From positions 133,806-197,805 of the forward strand of contig JARGFU010000001.1 in NCBI GenBank assembly GCA_029210625.1: a DNA stretch of 64,000 bases, given 5' to 3'. Of the stretch, positions 59,196 to 64,000 are shown in pieces. The notes under the pieces were generated by a model. It had not been told where the DNA came from and did not search any database. It worked only from the letters and a program-made list of their open reading frames with translations. A program made the position numbers and the translations under genes. Within the stretch, counting starts at the first letter, position 1. Every line of letters begins with the position of its first letter. Source of the stretch: Deltaproteobacteria bacterium. Lineage in GTDB: Bacteria > Myxococcota > Myxococcia > SLRQ01.

Positions 59196-60070
59196 GATCC
59201 TTCTCTCTCGAGCAGCTCGCGCATCATCGCGAGCACGCCCTCCCGCAGCTCCTCGCGCTCGAGGGCGTAGGCGAGGTTGGCGTGCAGGTAGCCCAGCTTG
59301 TCCCCGGCGTCGAAGCGCTCACCCTTCACCACGATGCCGAGCATCCCCTCCTCGGCGCAGAGGGACTGGAGGGCGTCGGTGAGCTGGATCTCGCCGCCGT
59401 GTCCCCGCCCGGTGCGGGCGAGGTGGTCGAAGATCGAGCCGGGCAGGAAGTAGCGGCCCATGATCGCCAGGTTGGAGGGGGCCTGGCCCTGCGCCGGCTT
59501 CTCGACCAGCTCCTCGATCCGGAAGACCTCGCCCTCCCACTGACCGGCGACGATGCCGTAGCGGTGGGTCTGATCGTCCGGGACCTCCATCAGGGCGATG
59601 ACGCCCTTGCCCTCGCGCTCCCCCACGACCTTGAGCTGCTCGATGGCCGGGACCTCGCAGCGCATCAGGTCGTCACCGAGGATCACCGCGAAGAACTCGT
59701 CGTCGGCGACCGGCCCGCGGGCGCAGAGGACGGCGTGGCCGAGCCCCAGGGGCCGTTTTTGCCGGACGCTGGTGAGGCGGCACATCATGCTCACCGCATG
59801 AACCGCCTCGTACTCGGCGCTCTTCCCGCGGTCCTGCAGGGTGCGCTCGAGCTCGAAGGCGATGTCGAAGTGATCCTCGATGGTGCCCTTCCCCCGCCCG
59901 TTGACGAGCACGATCTGCGAGAGCCCCGCCGCCACCGCCTCCTCGACGTTCAGCTGGAGGGTGGGCACGTCGACGATGGGCAGCATCTCCTTGGGGATGG
60001 CCTTGGTCGCCGGCAGGAAGCGGGTGCCGAGGCCCGCGGCGGGGATCACCGCCTTGGTCGCGTTGCGCAT
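59192..60070 (-). CDS. galU: UTP--glucose-1-phosphate uridylyltransferase
   Basis: KAVIPAAGLGTRFLPATKAIPKEMLP is the GalU N-terminal signature. Start taken at MRNATK (60070), not the track's longer start. Confidence 0.85.
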   Translation of the reverse strand: MRNATKAVIPAAGLGTRFLPATKAIPKEMLPIVDVPTLQLNVEEAVAAGLSQIVLVNGRGKGTIEDHFDIAFELERTLQDRGKSAEYEAVHAVSMMCRLTSVRQKRPLGLGHAVLCARGPVADDEFFAVILGDDLMRCEVPAIEQLKVVGEREGKGVIALMEVPDDQTHRYGIVAGQWEGEVFRIEELVEKPAQGQAPSNLAIMGRYFLPGSIFDHLARTGRGHGGEIQLTDALQSLCAEEGMLGIVVKGERFDAGDKLGYLHANLAYALEREELREGVLAMMRELLEREGS

Positions 60071-60132
60071 GGGGCTCGAAAGGTACCGGGGGGCAGCGGA
60101 GGGGACAAGGGAGCAGGCCCTCGCCCCGCCGC

Positions 60133-60414
60133 TCACTCGTCCCTGGAGGCCGCCTCGACGGTGTGGTCGAGGCAGCGCGCGATCTCGTCCGCGTCGAGGT
60201 GCTCGCCCTCCTTCGGCTCGAGCCGCAGGGCGATGCGATCCCCGGAGGCCTCGACCTCCAGGCGCCCGAGCTTCTCGTACTCGGTGGTCGGGCAGCCGCA
60301 GCGCCCCTCCCGGCAGGCCTGGAAGGCCTCGAGGAGCGCCTCCTTCTTCTCCCCGGTCTCCTCGAGCTTCACCTCGAGGTGATCCGGCTTCTCTTCCAGC
60401 TCGTAGCGCACCAT
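60133..60414 (-). CDS. Small hypothetical protein (93 aa) with a CxxxxCGC cluster
   Basis: GAGGAGGA RBS. The sequence MVRYELEEKPDHLEVKLEE… is protein-like. It is the only real part of the 339-aa track ORF. Confidence 0.45.
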   Translation of the reverse strand: MVRYELEEKPDHLEVKLEETGEKKEALLEAFQACREGRCGCPTTEYEKLGRLEVEASGDRIALRLEPKEGEHLDADEIARCLDHTVEAASRDE

Positions 60415-60443
60415 TCGATGGTCCTCCTCTTCGGTGGCCACGT

Positions 60444-61484
60444 CTACAGCAGCTCGAGCGAGGTGGCGACCCAGGCCTCGACCTCGGCCCAGCGCTCGAA
60501 GACCCAGGCGGCCCGCCCTTCCGCCGGGATGCTCGCGGCGGGGATCCGCCAGAGGCGCACCCGCAGGCGCCGCCCGACCAGCGCGCCCCCGAAGAACTCG
60601 GCGAAGCTCTCCACCCCCTCGAAGCCGGTGTGGGCGAGGATCACCACGTCGGTCTTTGGCGCCGCCTCCAGCAGCGCCAGGACGCCACCGAGCCGCGGGG
60701 GCAGGACGTGGTGGAGGGCCTCGGCGCGCTCGACCAGCGCCGCTTCCCCCGCCTCGCGCAGCCGCGCCAGCGCCCGCTCGCGCTTGGCCGGGGAGAAGCG
60801 GGTCCCCTCCGGGAAGATGAGCACCCCGCTGCGATCGTCGAGGTCCCGGCCCAGCCCGGCCACCGCCGCGACGGCCTCCTCGCTGCGCCGGCCGGAGCGA
60901 TCCACGAAGGCGTTGGGGAGGCGTCGGCCGACGACGTCGAGGCAGGGATCCCAGAGCAGCTCCTCCTTGAGGACGTAGCGCAGCAGGAGGTCGTGGGGGT
61001 TGGCGAGGACGAAGGCGGCCAGCACCGTGTCGGCGGTGCTGGCGTGGCGCACCCAGAGGAGGAAGGGCGGCGGGAGCACCTCCGCGGCGCCCTCCACCTC
61101 CAGCGTCATGCCGTAGATGCGCAGGGCCCCGCCGAAGAGGTGGTCGCTCCACCAGCGCTGGAGGATCCGGTTGCGCTCGAGGTAGCGGGCGTGGCCGCCG
61201 AGGCGGCCCCCGTGGGCCCGAAGCCAGATCGCGCCCGCGGAGAGGAGGCCGGCGGCCTCCAGCCCGAGGTAGAGCCCGAAGAAGAGGACGGCTCGCAGCT
61301 TCCCGGCCCGGCGTCGCCCCGCCCCCGCGAGGTCGGCGAGCCCGGCGAGGAGGAGCCAGGCCGGCGCCAGCCCCCAGACGAGGGCGAAGAGGAAGAGCAC
61401 GAAGGGGATCGAGAGGAGGCGGCGGCGCCAGATCTGCCAGAGGGTCTCGCCGCGCCGGCGCCCGATCGGCAGCGGCCCCGTCAC
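60444..61484 (-). CDS. Lysophospholipid (1-acyl-glycerol-3-phosphate-type) acyltransferase, membrane-anchored
   Basis: Carries the RHASTAD (HX4D) and FPEGTR motifs. Two N-terminal TM helices. Confidence 0.7.
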   Translation of the reverse strand: MTGPLPIGRRRGETLWQIWRRRLLSIPFVLFLFALVWGLAPAWLLLAGLADLAGAGRRRAGKLRAVLFFGLYLGLEAAGLLSAGAIWLRAHGGRLGGHARYLERNRILQRWWSDHLFGGALRIYGMTLEVEGAAEVLPPPFLLWVRHASTADTVLAAFVLANPHDLLLRYVLKEELLWDPCLDVVGRRLPNAFVDRSGRRSEEAVAAVAGLGRDLDDRSGVLIFPEGTRFSPAKRERALARLREAGEAALVERAEALHHVLPPRLGGVLALLEAAPKTDVVILAHTGFEGVESFAEFFGGALVGRRLRVRLWRIPAASIPAEGRAAWVFERWAEVEAWVATSLELL

Positions 61485-62026
61485 CGCCCGGCCAGGCCCT
61501 CGATCGCCGCCATCACCTCGTCGAGGGGCGCGTGATCGCCCGCCTCCCGGCTGCGCTGCTGGTAGACCGTCTTGCCAGCGGCGGTGATGAGGAAGACCCC
61601 GCCGAGCTGCCAGGGGTCACCCTTCACCGCCGTCTGCCGGAAGCCCGCCTTGAGGGCCCGCAGGGTGTGCCCGGGGCTGCGCAGGGAGAAGGCCCCCCAG
61701 GCCCCGCCGGCCTTCAGCCCGGCGGCGGCGTAGGCCTTCATCTCGGGGTCGACCCAGAGCTCGAAGTCGATCCCCGCCTCCTCCCGGAAGGCGCGGGCGT
61801 AGTCCGGCGTCCCGTTGCCGATCACCACCAGCCGCACGCCCCTCGCCTCGATCTCGGCTTGCGCGCCGCGCAACTGCGCGACCTGCTCGCGGCAGAAGAT
61901 TCACCCGAAGTGGCGGATGAAGACGAGGAGGACCGGCCCCCGCTCCCAGGCCGAGCGCACCACCACCGGCGCGCCTCCATCGTCGACCAGCTCGATCGCC
62001 GCGAGCTTCTTCGCCGGATCACTCAA
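61481..62026 (-). CDS. Candidate selenoprotein: PRXL2/PAMM-family (AhpC/TSA_2) thioredoxin-fold protein with TGA (61901..61903) read as Sec in a U-x-x-C redox motif
   Basis: TTG start with a GGAGGTGA RBS, overlapping the SDR stop. Two track ORFs lie in the same frame, separated only by a TGA: …LLVFIRHFG-[TGA]-IFCREQVAQL…GGVFLITAAG. The motif G[C/U]xxCRE matches PRXL2A RRPGCFLCREE. A GC-rich hairpin starts about 10 nt 3' of the TGA. Confidence 0.5.
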
Positions 62027-62997
62027 GGCCTCACCTCCACGTCGCAGATCTCCTCGCAGAAGCGCCAGAGGGCCTCCCGCTCGGCGGGCGCTTCCCGCGT
62101 CCCGGGCAGGAGGTAGGGCGAGACGACTCGCCGGTCGAAGAAGAGCTTGCCGCTCTCGCCCTCCACCCGCTCGGCCACCGCCAGCCACAGCGCGGTGTCC
62201 GCCCCCTCCTCGGCCGTGCGCAGGCGCTTCTTCGTGAAGCGGTAGAAGGCCGGGAGCGAGCGCTCGACCCCCGGGGTCGCGGCCCAGCCCGGGTGCATGG
62301 CGTTGACGGTGGTCCCCGAGCCCCGCAGGACCTCGGCCCACTGCGCGGCCTGCACCACCTGCGCTCGCTTGGTGTGGGCGTAGGCGACCACGCCGTCGTA
62401 GGGGCCTTCCGTGGCGCGCATCGCCTCGAGGTCCAGGCGCCGGGCGTACATGCCCCCCGAGGAGACGTAGATCACCCGCGAGGAGGCGAGCCGCTCGCGC
62501 AGCAGGTGGTTGAGCAGGAAGGGCCCCACCACGTGGGTCGCCAGCGTCAGCTCGAGGCCCTCCTCGGTCAGCTCTCGCTCCGGCGGGAGCAGGCCGGCGT
62601 TGTGCACCAGCACGTCGATCTTGCGGTCGCCCTCCCGGCCCTCCAGCTCGGCGGCGAAGGCCCGGATCGACGCGGGGCTAGCGAGGTCGATCACCTCGAG
62701 GTGCAGCTCACCGTTGCCGGTCTCCTCGATCAGGGCCTGGCGCGCCGCCTCGCCGCGCTCGGCGCTGCGGCAGAGCAGGTGGACCCGGGCGCCCAGGCCC
62801 GCCAGGCCGCGGGCCACGGCGAGCCCCAGGCCGCTGTTGGCGCCGGTGACCAGGCAGACCTTCCCCGCCATCGAGCGCTGGAGATCCTCGGGATGGAAGG
62901 CGCGCTGATGGCGCAGGAATCCCGTGCGATCGAAGGAGTAGTAGATGCTCGCGTCGAGCAGTCGATCGAAGATCCCCATGTCCCGGCCTCCCACCAC
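62023..62997 (-). CDS. SDR-family short-chain dehydrogenase/reductase
   Basis: TGANSGLG (NAD(P) binding) and YAHTK (YxxxK). The start could be MGIF at 62979. Confidence 0.8.
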   Translation of the reverse strand: MVGGRDMGIFDRLLDASIYYSFDRTGFLRHQRAFHPEDLQRSMAGKVCLVTGANSGLGLAVARGLAGLGARVHLLCRSAERGEAARQALIEETGNGELHLEVIDLASPASIRAFAAELEGREGDRKIDVLVHNAGLLPPERELTEEGLELTLATHVVGPFLLNHLLRERLASSRVIYVSSGGMYARRLDLEAMRATEGPYDGVVAYAHTKRAQVVQAAQWAEVLRGSGTTVNAMHPGWAATPGVERSLPAFYRFTKKRLRTAEEGADTALWLAVAERVEGESGKLFFDRRVVSPYLLPGTREAPAEREALWRFCEEICDVEVRP

Positions 62998-63228
62998 TCT
63001 AGCCCCCTCCGGCCCCGGGGCACCCCCCGGAAGGTGAGAACCAGGCGCCTTTTCGGGAGGAGGAGGAAGGGAGGGGTCTGGGCAGGAAGGACGACCGCCT
63101 CTTGCCGGGGAGGGAGTCGTTCGAGGCTCCAGCCTAGCCTACAGGGGGGCCTCGGGTATGAGGCCTTCACCCGGCCGAAGAGCTTTCATCTGAAGCTGCT
63201 CGGGTCCTAGAGGCGCTGGTCTAGACGC

Positions 63229-63351
63229 GACACGGCTCACGGCTCACGGCTCATCGAGGTCGACAGCGCGCCCGGGAGGTGAATCGGCTTGCCTCTTCAC
63301 CTTCCTGGACTACCGAGGCACCACCGTGAGCCGTGAGCCGTGAGCCGTGTC
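63229..63351. repeat. Perfect 25-bp inverted repeat, each arm a heptamer (cggctca) triplicated, flanking a 73-nt core that has its own nested dyad (GGAGGTGAA…TTCACCTTCC). MITE-like element or long structured RNA.
   Basis: gacacggctcacggctcacggctca (63229-63253) and tgagccgtgagccgtgagccgtgtc (63327-63351) were read directly from the sequence. Confidence 0.6.
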
Positions 63352-63541
63352 GGTCACCCACACACCTCGAAAGCGAGCCCGGCACCGGAGCACCAATCCA
63401 TGCCCCTACCGAAGTCGGGCAAGGGTGTCAGGGTGAGAAAGGAACTTCCCGGAGGGGTAGGAAGAATAGCCGCCCTTTTGGCGAGGCGGAGTGAACGTAG
63501 ACTGAGTTATCAGACCCAGGGCGGGGCTCGTTCGAGTCAGG

Positions 63542-63880
63542 CTAGGGGGCGCCAACCCGCGCACGGCGCAGCGCCAGGGCCCCGAGGAAGCCGACGCCGA
63601 GCAGGGCGAGCAGCGCGCCGGGCGCGGTCGCGGTCTGGCAGCCGCCCTTGTCGTCGCGGGGCGTGCCCTCGACGCAGTAGAGGCATTCGTCGACGTGGGT
63701 ATCCGGGTTGTCGGTGCAGCCGCTCACGGGGCTGCAGACGCCGGTGCCGGTGGGGTAGAGGTCGCAGGCGTCACCTGCGGCCTTGTCCTCACAGGCCCAC
63801 CACGGCGCCGGCGCGTTGGCCCGGGCCGGCGCGGCCCAGAGGATGCAGACGAGCGGGAGCAGCCAGAGAAGGTGACGCAT
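63542..63880 (-). CDS. Small secreted Cys-rich protein with a MYXO-CTERM-type C-terminal sorting tag
   Basis: Signal peptide MRHLLWLLPLVCILWAAPARA and 8 Cys. The C-terminal GCQTATAPGALLALLGVGFLGALALRRARVG (Cys, hydrophobic helix, Arg cluster) fits the MYXO-CTERM pattern. Confidence 0.6.
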   Translation of the reverse strand: MRHLLWLLPLVCILWAAPARANAPAPWWACEDKAAGDACDLYPTGTGVCSPVSGCTDNPDTHVDECLYCVEGTPRDDKGGCQTATAPGALLALLGVGFLGALALRRARVGAP

Positions 63881-64000
63881 CGATTTCCTCCCCGCATCCC
63901 TTCCGGAAGAGACGCGACCGCGGACCAGTCTCCACCGCCGCCCCGCCTGGTGACAAGGTAGAAGCCCTCCATGGTGACCTACCTCAGCGCCCTCGCGATC

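Noticed and set aside
61901-62341. Treating 61901..62341 and 61481..61873 as two independent small genes
   Set aside because: The upstream ORF's first 100 aa are GR-rich artefact. Only its last 41 codons, from a TTG with a perfect RBS, are protein-like. They continue seamlessly across the TGA into the downstream ORF to rebuild one PRXL2-family fold. A single Sec-containing CDS is the better explanation.
63470-63550. Possible tRNA, because of a GTTCGAGTC T-loop-like motif
   Set aside because: No acceptor stem complementarity could be built, and the putative T-stem has a mismatch. It is most likely chance.

Overview
This 64 kb window is a high-GC (~70%) chromosomal segment, almost certainly from a Myxococcota genome. 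The taxonomic call rests on a MYXO-CTERM sorting tag, Myxococcus cysteine-rich repeats, MopE-like CxxCxDxDGDG motifs, very dense lipoprotein and secreted-protein content, PilT, and pseudo-receiver/DUF4388 architectures. I call about 58 protein-coding genes. The segment is gene-dense with short intergenic regions. No rRNA, tRNA, CRISPR array or IS element could be supported. Many of the long ORFs in the six-frame track are opposite-strand or off-frame GC artefacts (RGAP-rich translations) and were rejected. Real genes were recognised by protein-like composition, signal peptides, Shine-Dalgarno motifs and family-level motif matches. Coordinates follow the ORF track. Where I re-derived a start codon the position is within a few nt, and each such start was checked to be in frame with the track stop.

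The main observations are:
1. A full-length bacterial homolog of the eukaryotic major vault protein. It sits behind a sigma54-type promoter and a perfect palindrome.
2. A candidate selenoprotein of the PRXL2/PAMM (AhpC-TSA_2) thioredoxin-fold family, with an in-frame TGA in a U-x-x-C motif.
3. A 1199-aa protein combining a pseudo-receiver, an E/A-rich coiled-coil tandem repeat, a Pro-rich region, a DUF4388 (PATAN-like) domain and a degenerate J domain.
4. A cysteine-rich repeat protein split by a single in-frame TAA.
5. A lipoprotein / clan-CD-like peptidase / lipoprotein operon.
6. A SulP / persulfide-dioxygenase-like MBL / rhodanese sulfur module.
7. A TonB-dependent receptor, micro-membrane protein and tandem-duplicated hybrid histidine kinase operon.
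8. A two-CW small protein.
9. An ALAS-type hemA.
10. A MITE-like inverted repeat in a 540-nt noncoding island.
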